DNA of 64,000 bases, taken from NCBI GenBank assembly GCA_029279945.1, contig JAJUHK010000008.1, positions 11,212 to 75,211 on the forward strand, given 5' to 3'. Origin of the DNA: Pseudidiomarina indica (GTDB lineage Bacteria > Pseudomonadota > Gammaproteobacteria > Enterobacterales > Alteromonadaceae). Below are positions 10,601 to 21,404 of the stretch, piece after piece. The notes under the pieces are model-generated. The model saw nothing but the letters and a program-made list of their open reading frames with translations, did no database searches and had not been told where the DNA came from. Numbering within the stretch: position 1 is the first letter of the stretch; the number at the start of each line of letters is the position of its first letter. A program made the translations under genes and the position numbers.

Positions 10601-11562
10601 AAGGGTTGGATGAGGGCATTGCGAGTGCTGGCGGTGAGGCAGAGTTGCCGACCAGTTTTGCTGGTCTTCCTGAATTATTTATCGACTGTAAGCGCTGCCG
10701 CTACGGACCTTATGATCTTGGTGAAGTGAACGTTCACTTGCGCGGAGAGGAGCATCAGTTACAGTTGGTCAAGCTGGACGCACGTAACCGTGGACACCAT
10801 GTTCAAGCTGCGGGCTTGTGGGCGTTAGAAACCTCAACACAATACCCGCAAACACGTATTTATGGGCGCTTTGAATCGGATAATTTCGGTGAATTTTTGG
10901 ATAGCTATGAATTCACCTCGATGGTGCGCGACAGTAGCGCAAGCATTGATTTCGACTTGCATTATATGGCTCCGCCGCACCAACTGGATTTGAACACGCT
11001 TAATGGCAATGTAAAGTGGCAGCTGGGACAGGGGTATTTGAACGACGTTAGTGATCGTGGTGCTCGCTTGTTCTCACTACTCAGCTTAGATAGTATTTTG
11101 CGGAAGCTTCGGTTTGATTTCCGCGATGTGTTCGCCAATGGTTTGTTCTATACCAACTTCTCCGGTGAGTTTGAAATTGCCGATGGTGTGGTGGCTACCG
11201 ATAATACCCAACTCAACGGCAGTGCTGGCGACATGGAAGTGAAGGGTAGTGCGAATTTAAAGACCCGTGAACTAGCTTATGACTTACAATTTGTACCTAA
11301 AGTCACGTCCAGTTTACCAGTGATTTTTGCGTGGATGATTAATCCACCTTCTGGTTTGGCGGCGTTAGTGATTGATCGCATGCTACATGATGCTAAGGTA
11401 ATCAGCCGATTGGAATATCGTATCTCTGGTACCATGGATGACCCCATTATTGAAGAAGTGGCGCGTGATTCTCGCGCAGCGCCGATGCCCACCGAGGATT
11501 TGAATGATGATGAGCCAAACTCAGCAGCAGGTACAATTAACCGCCCTGCAACTGACGAGTAG
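7678..11562 (+). CDS. yhdP: YhdP (AsmA-like intermembrane phospholipid transport protein)
   Basis: 1294 aa with N-terminal TM and C-terminal AsmA_2-like region (RLFSLLSLDSILRKL, YRISGTMDDP); located between rng and nit-tldD. Confidence 0.9.
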   Translation: MTVRNVGRWLWRSLLYTLAIVLVLFALLLSALRYLLPQMPDVTKQVEQFLATNYALDVQLAQISADWTRSGPELILHDFVLLTDASKATRIDIAETRMVIDFWASARALNVQIEQIQLTGMRVHYDLRDSYGDSAGSSWKLPTKLGDLLLEQLDNIEVRESVLELVNLMGVTRTIDIQELRWANQGQRHYGVGKLLFSEVTDNTLDVMIDMHGNNIHALSGQVYVAANHLDITPWVQQQIIDTQIQSATFNYTLWLNFQQNQFTDGLLQLGEQKLQWQVGDRTHQLRIPHGELKLRPYADGWRVNSNPLTIEHNDRSWVLPTFSWEQTTTTTAMSMEGMPLPPLVELLNLLGSRGASVVEQFTERDTQGVLDVAFYHHVEHGARWYASGEQLSWGEFAGVPGLSNVSLQVQGRGQQVTWTLQGKEAAFQSTALDYDDVWSISELSVHGTFHWDAEGWRLHVAPTSEIHLVGFPIGLAATITPSPESVYVDAVARSLNETSIPVDVLRRHLPIVMGDNLHEYLTVAIQDGYASDLAMVWRGAVEDFPYHNNEGLFEARARISGVLFKFQPNWRPVYDATAVVNFRNERMHITATDGLLGLIDVQRADVVIPNLTEELNARLEITAQIAGNANELKPLFDDSPLADSLGATLADVQLSGPVTGYLDLLIPLTDEPDVVAQGYADLADAEIYVRSIKENFTNVHGRINYRNDVITAPALTMQWHGFPIQAELATRQREHDYFADLQLHGDWQLTEFAPVLAGSMPWQADFNLSIPTQGGYSFRWHQSAKLDDVSIHLPEPLGKSVGAEQQLELTVSGDPDSILVNAEVADTVLLELQLNGDLSELQSGYARLGHVLQHTPAMNALRPRANFSIDASLVESDIGTWVNAIEQLSAMLPAGTGESDFVQVLKPDFIQFYSPQLHWQQLVLNDVWAVAWPEQQDWRIRVDAKQMLADGHWQAATAEQAERLQISAEYIDIQGLDEGIASAGGEAELPTSFAGLPELFIDCKRCRYGPYDLGEVNVHLRGEEHQLQLVKLDARNRGHHVQAAGLWALETSTQYPQTRIYGRFESDNFGEFLDSYEFTSMVRDSSASIDFDLHYMAPPHQLDLNTLNGNVKWQLGQGYLNDVSDRGARLFSLLSLDSILRKLRFDFRDVFANGLFYTNFSGEFEIADGVVATDNTQLNGSAGDMEVKGSANLKTRELAYDLQFVPKVTSSLPVIFAWMINPPSGLAALVIDRMLHDAKVISRLEYRISGTMDDPIIEEVARDSRAAPMPTEDLNDDEPNSAAGTINRPATDE

Positions 11563-12376
11563 TCCAGATCCACAGGATAACTTGCAGCAAATTGAGCGCT
11601 TGCTGCAACAATTACCGGCCCACCGTCCACAGTTGGTGGTGTTGCCGGAAGCCTGCCTCTGTTTCGGTACAAACGATAAACGACAACGCGCATTAGCTGA
11701 GCTGCCCGGGGTGGGACCGCTGCAACAAGCGTTAGCTGACTTAGCCAAACGCCACCAGATTTGGTTAGTAGCAGGCACCATGCCAATGATCGATGAGCGT
11801 GATGCTGCCAAATTTAGCGCCGCCAGTTTGGTGTTTACCCCGAACGGTGACTGTATTGCACGTTACAACAAAATTCATTTGTTTGACGTAACTGTCGCTG
11901 ATAACACCAAACAATACCGTGAATCCGCATGGACACAAGCGGGTGACACAGTTGTCACCGTGCCAACCGAATTTGGCGTACTCGGTATGGCAGTATGTTA
12001 TGATGTACGTTTTCCAGAATTATTCCGCGCGCTGCGCGTAGCCGGCGCTGACATTTTGGTATTACCATCAGCTTTTACCAAGGTCACCGGCGCAGCTCAT
12101 TGGCACGTGCTTACCCGTGCACGAGCCATTGAACAGCAATGTTTCTTGGTAGCAGCAGCCCAAGTTGGCGACCATGCGAATGGTCGCCAAACATACGGGC
12201 ATGCCTTGATAATCGATGGTTGGGGCCGCATTCTTGCAGAGTCAGAACAGCCACAACCCGGGCTCGCAACAGCTTTAGTGGATATGACAAGTCTCGCCAG
12301 TATTCGCCACGATATACCGGTTGCAGAGCATTTTAATTGGAGTCAAAAGGTCATTCATGCAAACACCAAACGTTGA
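11504..12376 (+). CDS. Carbon-nitrogen hydrolase (Nit1-like, possible deaminated glutathione amidase)
   Basis: Catalytic triad contexts [13 protein letters not shown] and VCYDVRFPE are intact. Confidence 0.9.
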   Translation: MMMSQTQQQVQLTALQLTSSPDPQDNLQQIERLLQQLPAHRPQLVVLPEACLCFGTNDKRQRALAELPGVGPLQQALADLAKRHQIWLVAGTMPMIDERDAAKFSAASLVFTPNGDCIARYNKIHLFDVTVADNTKQYRESAWTQAGDTVVTVPTEFGVLGMAVCYDVRFPELFRALRVAGADILVLPSAFTKVTGAAHWHVLTRARAIEQQCFLVAAAQVGDHANGRQTYGHALIIDGWGRILAESEQPQPGLATALVDMTSLASIRHDIPVAEHFNWSQKVIHANTKR

Positions 12377-13811
12377 GCACAATTTGCTTCATCATCATGA
12401 ACTTGATCGTGATGCCATTCACCAATCGTTAGCGACTTTGTACACAGGAGCTATTGATTTTGCAGATATATATTTGCAAAGCAGTATGCACGAGTCGTGG
12501 GTGCTGGAGGATGGCATTATCAAAAGCGGATCCTTTCATATCGAAGCAGGTTTAGGAGTGCGCGCGATTCATGGTGATAAAACGGGGTTCGCTTACGCCG
12601 ATGAAATTTCACTCAGTGCGCTCAATAAGGCTGCTGCCGCCGCCCGCGGCATTAGCCAAGCAGGGCAAGCCAAACAACTGCAAGTTGTGCAGCGAGCGCA
12701 GGCGATTGAGCGCTATACATCGATCAACCCACTGAATTTGCCTGAACAAGCTAAAATTGACCTTTTACGCGCCATTGATGAATACGCACGCCGTCAAGAT
12801 CCGCGTGTCGTCGAGGTTATTGCCAGTGTCACGGGTAGCTATGATGAAATACTAGTAGCTGCTACTGACGGTACTTTTGCCACCGATGTACGGCCTTTGG
12901 TGCGGGTGAACTGTACCATTTTAGTTGAGCAAAATGGTCGCCGTGAACGTGGTAGTGCCGGTGGTGGGGCTCGCGTCGAATACAATTATTTTACCGAAAC
13001 AGTTGGTGTGAATGGAGCAGCCAAGCCGCGCTGGCAAGTCTTTGTTGACGAAGCCGTTCGGCAGGCACTGATCAATTTAGAAGCACGTCCAGCACCTGCA
13101 GGGACAATGCCGGTCGTATTAGGGCCGGGTTGGCCTGGCGTATTATTGCATGAAGCAGTTGGGCATGGGCTCGAAGGTGATTTTAATCGGAAAGGGTCAT
13201 CAGCTTACGCGGGTAAAATTGGTGAGATGGTAGCATCAGAGCTTTGTACCATTGTTGATGACGGTACCTTAGCGCACCGCCGTGGCTCACTGTCCGTCGA
13301 CGATGAAGGCACCCCAGCTGGCTATAACGTGTTGATCGAAAAAGGCCGCTTAGTGGGCTACATGCAAGATAAAATGAATGCCCGGCTGATGGGGGTAAAC
13401 CCAACCGGCAATGGCCGGCGGGAGAGCTTTTCTTGCTTGCCGATGCCGCGCATGACCAACACCTATATGTTGGCAGGTGAACATGATCCGGAGGAGATTA
13501 TCGCGAGCGTTAAACGGGGCATCTATGCACCGAATTTCGCTGGCGGCCAAGTCGACATTACCTCAGGAAAGTTTGTGTTTTCAGCGTCTGAAGCTTATCT
13601 GATTGAAGACGGTAAAATTACTGCACCACTGAAAGGCGCTACGTTAATTGGTAATGGTCCAGAAGCCATGCGTCAAGTCTCTATGGTCGGGCATGATCTG
13701 CAGTTAGATGATGGGGTTGGTGTCTGTGGCAAGGATGGCCAAAGTGTTCCCGTAGGCGTTGGCCAACCAACCTTAAAACTGGATGCAATGACGGTAGGTG
13801 GCACCGATTAG
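12357..13811 (+). CDS. tldD: Metalloprotease TldD
   Basis: [17 protein letters not shown] motif and C-terminal [16 protein letters not shown]. Confidence 0.96.
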   Translation: MQTPNVEHNLLHHHELDRDAIHQSLATLYTGAIDFADIYLQSSMHESWVLEDGIIKSGSFHIEAGLGVRAIHGDKTGFAYADEISLSALNKAAAAARGISQAGQAKQLQVVQRAQAIERYTSINPLNLPEQAKIDLLRAIDEYARRQDPRVVEVIASVTGSYDEILVAATDGTFATDVRPLVRVNCTILVEQNGRRERGSAGGGARVEYNYFTETVGVNGAAKPRWQVFVDEAVRQALINLEARPAPAGTMPVVLGPGWPGVLLHEAVGHGLEGDFNRKGSSAYAGKIGEMVASELCTIVDDGTLAHRRGSLSVDDEGTPAGYNVLIEKGRLVGYMQDKMNARLMGVNPTGNGRRESFSCLPMPRMTNTYMLAGEHDPEEIIASVKRGIYAPNFAGGQVDITSGKFVFSASEAYLIEDGKITAPLKGATLIGNGPEAMRQVSMVGHDLQLDDGVGVCGKDGQSVPVGVGQPTLKLDAMTVGGTD

Positions 13812-14314
13812 GTGGTAGCCACCTGGCGAAGGTATTTGAATAACTCCCGTTGTGCGGCGGGCGGCTTACCTTGTGCGGTAGCTTTTGTGGCTTGCCGATA
13901 CAGCTGACGCAGACGTTGTCGGTCAGCGCTAGGGTAAGCTTCAATGAACGCTTGGATAGCGTCATCGCCCTGCGCCAAGATCGCATCGCGATGTTTCTCC
14001 AGCTGATGAAATAAAGCATTTTGCTGGTGATGTGATTGCTCTAATTCGGCCAGAGCTTGCGCAATGGGCGCAGTATCCCGTTGCCGCATAAGTTTACCGA
14101 TAAGCTGTAACTGCCGGCGGAACCCTTCGCGGGTACCGCGAATACGTTGGGCGAGTAGGATGGCGTCAAGCAAGTCATCGTCAAGTGGGATTTTTGCTAA
14201 TTTCCCCTCGGATAGTTCGACCAGCTTTTCGCCGAGTTGTTGTTGCGTTTCGGCAGCACGTTTTAATTCGGATTTACTGACGAATTCTTCGTCATCGTAC
14301 TCAAATTCGTTCAT
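13808..14314 (-). CDS. darP: Ribosome biogenesis factor DarP/YjgA (DUF615)
   Basis: [26 protein letters not shown] and RELFKYLR motifs; probable ATG at 14314. Confidence 0.9.
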   Translation of the reverse strand: MNEFEYDDEEFVSKSELKRAAETQQQLGEKLVELSEGKLAKIPLDDDLLDAILLAQRIRGTREGFRRQLQLIGKLMRQRDTAPIAQALAELEQSHHQQNALFHQLEKHRDAILAQGDDAIQAFIEAYPSADRQRLRQLYRQATKATAQGKPPAAQRELFKYLRQVATT

Positions 14315-14403
14315 GGTTAAACCTCTTGGGTGACCTGCGAATTGTACCTGAATCACATAGCAATATAAAAGGCGTTCCTGCTGATACGCCTACAGGAGTT
14401 GAA

Positions 14404-15750
14404 ATGACACCCGATATCCGCGAGCTGGAAATTGAAATGGAAGAAGTGGAAGAGGCAGTTGCCGAGGCTCTGGCGTACGCGCAAAAACTAGGCAATAGTG
14501 CTGCTGAGTGTGCTATTAGTCGTAGCCGCGGGATCAATGTTGGCACGCGATTAGGAGAAGTCGAGACGGTTGAGTTTAATCAAGACGGTGCCCTTGGCAT
14601 TACAGTTTATCGCGGCCAGCAAAAAGGTAGTGCCTCGACGACCGATCTAACCCCAGCGGCAATTCGAGCTACGGTAGATAAAGCCAGCAGCATTGCCCAG
14701 TTTACCTCGGCAGATCCTTGTACTGGGTTAGCGCCAGCGGAATTGATGGCGACCGACATTCCAGATTTGGATTTATGTCATCCTGCCGATCAAAGCGCTC
14801 AGTTTGCCCTCGAACAAGCATTAACCTGTGAACAACATGCGTTACAACTTGACCCACGCATCGTCAATTCGGATGGTGCTGGTTATAGTAGCCATGTCGG
14901 CTTTCGTGTGTATGGGAATAGTCACGGTTTCCTCGCTGGTTATATGCAGTCACGCCACGTGCTAAGCTGTTCATTGATCGCGAAGCAGGGGGATGCCATG
15001 CAACGCGACTATAGCTACACCATTGCACGTCATCGTGATGACCTTTGGACGCCAGAGCAGGTTGCTGAAGATGCAGTTGCCGCGACGGTAGCGCGTTTAG
15101 ACGCACGTAAAATTGCCACCGCAAAAGTACCAGTTATTTTCCGCGCCGACGTCGCTAATAGCTTGTTCAGCCACTTAGTGAACGCGATTAGTAGCGGCAG
15201 TTTGTACCGTAAATCCAGCTTCTTGCTCGATCAACTCGGCCAGCAGATTATGCCCAGCTGGTTGACAATTCACGAACAGCCACACATTCCAAGGGCCTTG
15301 GCAAGCAGCCCATTTGACCATGAAGGGCTCGCCACCACCGCCCGCGATATTATCAAAGATGGTGTGCTCGAGACGTATTTGTTAACCAGTTATGCCGCCC
15401 GTAAATTAGGGATGCAGCCGACCGGGCATGCCGGTGGTATTCATACCTGGCAAGTGGGGCACCAAGTGCCCGACCTTAAGGCTTTATGCCAGCAAATGGG
15501 TACGGGTCTGTTGGTGACCGAATTGATGGGGCAGGGGGTTAACATTGTCAATGGTGACTATTCCCGCGGCGCTGCTGGGTTCTGGGTGGAAAATGGCGAG
15601 ATTCAGTATCCAGTAGAGGAAATTACTATTGCTGGGAACTTAGCTGATATGTTACGTAATATTGTGGCGATTGCTGGTGATATTGACCATCGCCATGGTG
15701 TCCTAACTGGCTCGGTATTACTTGAAGAAATGCGTATCGCCGGCGTTTAA
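14404..15750 (+). CDS. pmbA: Metalloprotease PmbA/TldE
   Basis: VETVEFNQDG, GSLYRKSSFL, GQGVNIVNGDYSRGAAGFWVENGEI; probable ATG at 14404. Confidence 0.95.
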   Translation: MTPDIRELEIEMEEVEEAVAEALAYAQKLGNSAAECAISRSRGINVGTRLGEVETVEFNQDGALGITVYRGQQKGSASTTDLTPAAIRATVDKASSIAQFTSADPCTGLAPAELMATDIPDLDLCHPADQSAQFALEQALTCEQHALQLDPRIVNSDGAGYSSHVGFRVYGNSHGFLAGYMQSRHVLSCSLIAKQGDAMQRDYSYTIARHRDDLWTPEQVAEDAVAATVARLDARKIATAKVPVIFRADVANSLFSHLVNAISSGSLYRKSSFLLDQLGQQIMPSWLTIHEQPHIPRALASSPFDHEGLATTARDIIKDGVLETYLLTSYAARKLGMQPTGHAGGIHTWQVGHQVPDLKALCQQMGTGLLVTELMGQGVNIVNGDYSRGAAGFWVENGEIQYPVEEITIAGNLADMLRNIVAIAGDIDHRHGVLTGSVLLEEMRIAGV

Positions 15751-15759
15751 CCGACCCTC

Positions 15760-15789
15760 AGCGCATCGCCCGATGCGCTATTGTTCTTC
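15760..15789. terminator. Hairpin between convergent pmbA and npr
   Basis: agcgcatcg-cc-cgatgcgct at 15760-15779, then a T-rich tract. Confidence 0.6.
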
Positions 15790-16056
15790 GTCGAAACGTG
15801 CTTCAACCAGTTGCGCAACTGCATCAGCAGCAGCTTGCGCATCAGGCCCTTCCGCTACTATTTCAATAGTACGGCCTTGCCCACTAGCGAGTAACAAAAG
15901 ACACATGACGCTGGATGCATCAACTTTTTGACCATCTTGAATAAGATAAACGTTAGCAGCGAACTCATGGGTTAATTTTGCCAACTTAGTGGCTGCACGA
16001 GCGTGCAATCCAAGCTTATTTCGGATGGTTACTTGGTGACGGACAATGCTGGTCAT
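15778..16056 (-). CDS. npr: Phosphocarrier NPr (HPr family)
   Basis: NKLGLHARAA active-site His; last gene of the rpoN operon. Confidence 0.92.
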   Translation of the reverse strand: MTSIVRHQVTIRNKLGLHARAATKLAKLTHEFAANVYLIQDGQKVDASSVMCLLLLASGQGRTIEIVAEGPDAQAAADAVAQLVEARFDEEQ

Positions 16057-16070
16057 AACACAAGGCCTAA

Positions 16071-16934
16071 CTATGGATTGGTAGGTTTATGGCGGCTCGC
16101 TTCGCGATGCCGTACTTGAACTTTACATGGGTGTCCAGCAAACCGTTGCGCGAGTTTTTCAGCGATATAAACAGAGCGATGTTGACCGCCTGTACATCCT
16201 ATACCTATGGTTAAGTAGCTGCGGTTACTACGCTGAAAATGCGGTAACCAGGTTTCGAAAAACACTTCCAACTGATGAATAAATTTCGTGACTAATGGTT
16301 GCTGTTCAAAGTAATGTTGTACCGCTGCGTCTTTTCCCGTCAGCGGTTTGAGTTCAGGAACCCAATGTGGATTCGGTAATATCCGCGCATCAAAGGCGTA
16401 ATCCAAATCTGCTGGAAGCCCGTATTTGTACCCAAATGATTGAAATACCACAATTAAGCGTGAGGCTGCTTTCCCTAATATCCGCTCAGTAATTTGTTCA
16501 CTCAATTGGTGGACCGTTAAGTCACTGCTATCAATTCGCCATGTGGCTCGTTCAGCCAATGGCTCAAGCATACTTGCTTCTACTGACAAGGCATCGGCTA
16601 ACGGCATTTCTCGCTGTGAGAGAGGGTGCAGCCTTCGGGTTTCACCAAAGCGACGCAGCAACACCTCGTCAGAAGAGTCGATATAGATGATTTCCGGTTT
16701 AATTTTTTTTGGTAAGAAATCGAGTGCATCAGTCAGAATGCTGGGCTCGTTGGGAAGGTTACGAACATCGACACTAACCGCCACTTTATCGTATTGTTCG
16801 ACCACGGCGTGCACTAAGGTTGGCATCAAGGTAATTGGCAAGTTATCGACACAATAATAGCCGAGATCTTCGAGCACGCGAAGAGCGATCGATTTTCCCG
16901 ATCCAGAGCGGCCTGTGACAATAATCAACTGCAT
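16071..16934 (-). CDS. rapZ: RNase adapter RapZ
   Basis: GRSGSGKS P-loop, GYYCVDNLP and GCTGGQHRSVY; ATG at 16934. Confidence 0.95.
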   Translation of the reverse strand: MQLIIVTGRSGSGKSIALRVLEDLGYYCVDNLPITLMPTLVHAVVEQYDKVAVSVDVRNLPNEPSILTDALDFLPKKIKPEIIYIDSSDEVLLRRFGETRRLHPLSQREMPLADALSVEASMLEPLAERATWRIDSSDLTVHQLSEQITERILGKAASRLIVVFQSFGYKYGLPADLDYAFDARILPNPHWVPELKPLTGKDAAVQHYFEQQPLVTKFIHQLEVFFETWLPHFQRSNRSYLTIGIGCTGGQHRSVYIAEKLAQRFAGHPCKVQVRHREASRHKPTNP

Positions 16935-16947
16935 GGTGCTACCCAAT

Positions 16948-17394
16948 TTAACGTACGAATAGCTCGTACAGCTCCTGATCGGTTTGTGCTTCACGCAGCA
17001 CCCGAGTACAGGTCTTATCGTTGAGCCGTTGGGCCACTGAGGCTAAGGTTTGTAGGTGCTGTTCATGCTGTTCTTCTGGAACCAATAACGCAAAGACGAT
17101 ATCCACTGGCTGATTATCAATCGCATCAAAATCAATGGGAGATGATAAGGTAAGCAACACAGCGATGGGTTTGTTGGTACCTGCTAAGCGGCCATGTGGT
17201 ATGGCAACACCTAAGCCAATTCCTGTACTACCAAGACGTTCGCGACTTAATAAGCTTTCAAATACCTCGAACGCAGAAGCGCCAGCTAACCGCGACGCAG
17301 CTAGCTGGCCAATGAGTTCAAGAACTTTCTTTTTGCTTGTTCCTTCGACCGCGCAACGAACGCAGTCAGGACTCAGTATAGTGGATAAATCCAT
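16948..17394 (-). CDS. ptsN: PTS IIA-Ntr
   Basis: RERLGSTGIGLGVAIPHGR motif. Confidence 0.95.
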   Translation of the reverse strand: MDLSTILSPDCVRCAVEGTSKKKVLELIGQLAASRLAGASAFEVFESLLSRERLGSTGIGLGVAIPHGRLAGTNKPIAVLLTLSSPIDFDAIDNQPVDIVFALLVPEEQHEQHLQTLASVAQRLNDKTCTRVLREAQTDQELYELFVR

Positions 17395-17397
17395 GGT

Positions 17398-17685
17398 TTA
17401 GCGACGATTCAATTTTTCTTTATGTTTAATAACTTGTCGATCGAGCTTATCGATCAACCCATCGATTGCGGCGTACATATCCTGATGCTCGGATTCTGCA
17501 TAAATCTCACCGCCATTTACATGCAACGTAGCTTCCGCTTTTTGCGCTAACTTTTCAACACTTAAAATGACGTAGACGTTATTAATATTGTCAAAATGGC
17601 GTTCCAGCCGATTGAACTTGTTGGCGACATATTCCCGCATAGCGTTAGTAACTTCAACGTGGCGACCAGTAAGATTGATTTGCAT
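17398..17685 (-). CDS. hpf: Ribosome hibernation promoting factor
   Basis: MQINLTGRHVEVT...DMYAAIDGLIDKLDRQVIKHKEK. Confidence 0.95.
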   Translation of the reverse strand: MQINLTGRHVEVTNAMREYVANKFNRLERHFDNINNVYVILSVEKLAQKAEATLHVNGGEIYAESEHQDMYAAIDGLIDKLDRQVIKHKEKLNRR

Positions 17686-17711
17686 AACATCTTCCTTCTG
17701 TTTTCCGAGAT

Positions 17712-19079
17712 TCAAATAAGACGCTTGCGCTGACTCGAAGGCGGAATATTCAGTGCCTCACGATATTTGGCAATGGTGCGTCTCGCTACTTGGATTCCTT
17801 GTTCCGCTATGAGTTCAGTTAGTTTGCTATCGCTCAATGGCTTTCTGGGATTTTCTGCTGCAATGAACTTCTTCAGCAATGCCCGAATGGCCGTTGACGA
17901 TGCTTCGTCTCCTGCCGCAGTGGCTAACTGACTGGAGAAGAAGTACTTCAATTCAAACACACCTCGCGGCGAATGCATATACTTTTGCGTTGTAACACGA
18001 GAAATTGTTGATTCATGCATTTCTATTGCTGCTGCAATGTCTGCCAATATCATGGGTTTCATTGCTTCTTCCCCATGCTCAAAAAATGCCTGTTGGCGTT
18101 GCACAATAGCGCTGGCTACCTTCAACAGGGTTTCGTTACGGCTTTCGATGCTGCGAATAAACCACTTTGCATCTTGTGCATGCTGTCGAATGTAATTTAC
18201 CTCATCAGTTTGTGCTACCGCATGGCACAAATCAAGGTAGTATTGATTTACCTTAAGTTTAGGTACTGTTTCTGGATTTAGCTCGACCACCCAACGATGA
18301 TTTTTCTTGCTGACAATCACATCGGGAATGACATAGTTATCGGGGGCTGCTTGGAAGCTCTCACCCGGGCGTGGGTTAAGATCTTGGATGAGTGCAACTA
18401 TCGCCGCCAACTCAGTTTCATTGACGCGTAACTTGCGGGCTAAATTACGATAATCACGGGTCGCTAATAGGTCGATAAACTCTTGCACAGCACGCAGTGC
18501 TTCGGTTCGCCACGGGGTATCGGGAGCAAGATGTTGTAATTGCAATGTCAAACATTCAGCGACATTACGCGCGCCTACCCCGACTGGATCAAAATGTTGA
18601 ATCCGCTTGAGTACGACCTGTGCTTCATCAAGTTCGATGGGCTCAACGTGGTGTTCGTTTAAGCCTGCGACAATGTCGCTTAATGGCACTGTGAGGTAGC
18701 CTGAATCGTCAATAGCTTCAATAATGGCAACGGCAATCAAGGCGTCGGTCGGAGTAAATGGTGATAGTTGCAATTGCCACATTAAATGGTCATGCAACGT
18801 GATGCCGGTTTCCCCTTCATACAGTTGGTCTTCACCATCGTAATGGTAGCTGGCTTGTCCTATACCTGCGGAATAGCTGGGTTCCCATGTTTCTTGTGGG
18901 ATGCTGAATTCCCCCTCAGCGTCAGATTGCTCGAGTTCTAACAGAGGGTTTTCAGCTAAGGCTTGCTGGATCTCTTGCTGCAGTTCTAATGTTGACAGTT
19001 GAAGTAATTTAATAGCCTGCTGCAACTGAGGCGTCATCGCCAGTTGCTGCGACATCTTAAATTGCAGGCTTGGTTTCAT
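17712..19079 (-). CDS. rpoN: RNA polymerase sigma-54 factor
   Basis: QLAMTPQLQQAIKLLQL region I, HESTISRVTT and RpoN box VARRTIAKYRE. Confidence 0.97.
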   Translation of the reverse strand: MKPSLQFKMSQQLAMTPQLQQAIKLLQLSTLELQQEIQQALAENPLLELEQSDAEGEFSIPQETWEPSYSAGIGQASYHYDGEDQLYEGETGITLHDHLMWQLQLSPFTPTDALIAVAIIEAIDDSGYLTVPLSDIVAGLNEHHVEPIELDEAQVVLKRIQHFDPVGVGARNVAECLTLQLQHLAPDTPWRTEALRAVQEFIDLLATRDYRNLARKLRVNETELAAIVALIQDLNPRPGESFQAAPDNYVIPDVIVSKKNHRWVVELNPETVPKLKVNQYYLDLCHAVAQTDEVNYIRQHAQDAKWFIRSIESRNETLLKVASAIVQRQQAFFEHGEEAMKPMILADIAAAIEMHESTISRVTTQKYMHSPRGVFELKYFFSSQLATAAGDEASSTAIRALLKKFIAAENPRKPLSDSKLTELIAEQGIQVARRTIAKYREALNIPPSSQRKRLI

Positions 19080-19087
19080 GAGATCAC

Positions 19088-19813
19088 CTACAACGTGAAT
19101 TGCTCACCTAAGTAAACATCTTTAACCTGTTGGTTGGTTAATATACTTTGGGCATCACCGCTCGCAATCAAGGCTCCATGGCTGACAATGTACGCTTTTT
19201 CGCACACTGATAAGGTTTCGCGTACGTTATGGTCGGTAATGAGCACGCCAATGCCGCGGTTTCGCAAATGTTCGATAATTTTTTTAATATCAATCACCGA
19301 GATTGGGTCAACGCCTGCAAAGGGTTCGTCGAGCAAAATGAACGTAGGATCAGCGGCCAGAGCGCGGGCAATTTCAACGCGACGCCGCTCGCCGCCCGAT
19401 AAACTCATTCCTAGACTGTTGGCCAAGTGACCCACACTAAATTCTTCTAAGAGTGCGTCGAGCCGTTCTTCGCGAGCGTTAGCATCTAAATCGCGGCGCG
19501 TTTCCAGAATTGCCATGATGTTGTCACGCACCGACAGTTTGCGGAAAATCGAGGACTCTTGCGGTAAATAGCCAATCCCGCGACGTGCCCGAGCGTGCAT
19601 CGGCAGCAACGAGATATCGTCGTCATCAATTAAAATGCGCCCTTTGTCATGCTGCACTAATCCTACAATCATGTAGAAGGTGGTGGTTTTACCGGCACCA
19701 TTAGGGCCAAGTAACCCAATGATTTGGCCAGCCTCAACGGTCAGACTAACATCCTTGACGACTTGTCGCTTGTTGTATGATTTCGCGAGATGTTCAGCGA
19801 TTAGTCGGCTCAT
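19088..19813 (-). CDS. lptB: LPS export ABC transporter ATPase
   Basis: [24 protein letters not shown] and [11 protein letters not shown]; ATG at 19813. Confidence 0.96.
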   Translation of the reverse strand: MSRLIAEHLAKSYNKRQVVKDVSLTVEAGQIIGLLGPNGAGKTTTFYMIVGLVQHDKGRILIDDDDISLLPMHARARRGIGYLPQESSIFRKLSVRDNIMAILETRRDLDANAREERLDALLEEFSVGHLANSLGMSLSGGERRRVEIARALAADPTFILLDEPFAGVDPISVIDIKKIIEHLRNRGIGVLITDHNVRETLSVCEKAYIVSHGALIASGDAQSILTNQQVKDVYLGEQFTL

Positions 19814-20321
19814 TACTTTGGTCGCTCTTGTTCTTTGGTAAAAAAATTGTGGTGACGCGATCCTTTTCGCCACGGCTAGCGGATAGTTGCTGCGTTGCGA
19901 AGTTATAAATAATTTCGTTACCCTGAATCACGCTGTTGTTCTGGGATACCTTTACATTGCCTGATAACGTTAATAATTGCTGATCTTGATCGTAACGAAT
20001 TATTTCTGCCTCTGCGCTGATCGGTGAGCCATCATCCAGTAGCTGATTATAAAGTGCTGGGTTACCTTGTGCGATAAAACTGTCGGATTGATCGTCGCGG
20101 CGTGTTACTTCAAGGTGGTCAGCTGCAATGGTTAAGCTACCTTGACGGATCACCACGTTATCTTCAAACACGGCGATTTTATTGGCAACATCGAACCAGT
20201 CACGATCCGCACTGATTTCAATCGGTTTGGAAAAATCAGCACGACCTTGTGCCCAGGCCGTATTGCCACTACTCGTTGTTATCGCCAGCAGAGCGACGAC
20301 CGGTATAAATCGTTTCAACAT
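19794..20321 (-). CDS. lptA: LPS transport periplasmic protein LptA
   Basis: Signal peptide and OstA-like beta-jellyroll pattern; between lptC and lptB. Confidence 0.9.
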   Translation of the reverse strand: MLKRFIPVVALLAITTSSGNTAWAQGRADFSKPIEISADRDWFDVANKIAVFEDNVVIRQGSLTIAADHLEVTRRDDQSDSFIAQGNPALYNQLLDDGSPISAEAEIIRYDQDQQLLTLSGNVKVSQNNSVIQGNEIIYNFATQQLSASRGEKDRVTTIFLPKNKSDQSNEPTNR

Positions 20322-20853
20322 GCTTTATCATTTCCACTGTTTGGGCGCGCAAGTCGGCGCGTAAACCTTCGCCTCGGGCAGTAAAGTCAGGACCAATAAT
20401 TAACACGGGTTGTTCGGTGGTTACCACATCCGCTTCGGTATCAATCGTTAAATAACTGGTTTCAATACGCTCAATAAACTCCGCCGCAGTGAGACTCGTC
20501 ATTTTAATGTTACGTTCTAGGACCAAGCTGTTATCGGCATAAAATGCCCCTTGCTCGGCGGTTACCTGCCAAATATCCTTACCTTGATTCAATTGCAAAA
20601 TATAGGTTGGTGTCATCAGTTCGGTTAAGCCAATGGGACTGTAATGCGTCATCTCTTCCGCCGCAATCTGATGGGCCAACTCACCGTGCTCGTCGTACAC
20701 GCGGACAATCAGTCCAGTGGCAGTAAAATCTGGCTGAATTTGACGATAACCGGCATCTTGCTCAAGCTGGTCGGCATCGTCAAACGGGCGCCAAATCAGT
20801 AATGCTGCGGCACAGAATATAATCCCAATGATGATGACGATGTTGCGATTCAA
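20269..20853 (-). CDS. lptC: LPS export protein LptC
   Basis: Single N-terminal TM and jellyroll-like body; TTG start; synteny. Confidence 0.88.
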   Translation of the reverse strand: MNRNIVIIIGIIFCAAALLIWRPFDDADQLEQDAGYRQIQPDFTATGLIVRVYDEHGELAHQIAAEEMTHYSPIGLTELMTPTYILQLNQGKDIWQVTAEQGAFYADNSLVLERNIKMTSLTAAEFIERIETSYLTIDTEADVVTTEQPVLIIGPDFTARGEGLRADLRAQTVEMIKHVETIYTGRRSAGDNNE

Positions 20854-21404
20854 AGGCTTATGCCTCCTTGTAATTGCAATTGCCCTTGCGCAGTTAAGAT
20901 TAAATCACTGAGTTCACGAACTGCCCCGTAACCTCCACGTGCTGAGGTGATGTAATCCGCCTGTTGTTGGACATAGGGGTGGCCATCGTTGACACAAACA
21001 CTAACTGCGCTGCGGGTTAACATCGCCAAATCAGGAACATCATCCCCGATACTAGCGACATGGTCATAGGTCAGACCCAATTGCGCCACTAATTGTTCAA
21101 AACACGCCTCTTTGTCTGCTTGCCCTTGATAAATATGTTTAACCCCAAGCGCTTGCATGCGGTCTTGCACAATGCGTGATTCGCGACCAGTAATCACCGC
21201 AACATCGATACCGGCATTGAGCAGGGCTTTTACACCGAAACCATCACGGGTGTGAAACGCTTTCAATTCTTCGCCATCGTTGCCAAGATAAATACACCCA
21301 TCAGAAAAGACGCCATCAACATCACATACCACGAGTCGAATCTGTTGTAGGCGTTCAAACAACTGTGAACTAATAGCGCCATACCAGGTATTGACAGTGG
21401 CCAT
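20850..21404 (-). CDS. kdsC: KDO 8-phosphate phosphatase
   Basis: HAD motif CDVDGVFSDG, FHTRDGFG and IGDDVPD. Confidence 0.95.
   Translation of the reverse strand: MATVNTWYGAISSQLFERLQQIRLVVCDVDGVFSDGCIYLGNDGEELKAFHTRDGFGVKALLNAGIDVAVITGRESRIVQDRMQALGVKHIYQGQADKEACFEQLVAQLGLTYDHVASIGDDVPDLAMLTRSAVSVCVNDGHPYVQQQADYITSARGGYGAVRELSDLILTAQGQLQLQGGISL

Noticed and set aside
13810-13824. aggtgg-tag-ccacct hairpin at the tldD/darP convergence
   Set aside because: It has a 6-bp stem inside darP coding sequence and no U-tract, too weak to call a terminator.
16703-16710. Homopolymer runs as phase-variation or frameshift sites (A8 in rapZ here, G7 at 48812-48818 in murE, A8 at 63968-63975)
   Set aside because: The frames are intact, the runs are short, there is no useful alternative-frame product, and murE is essential.
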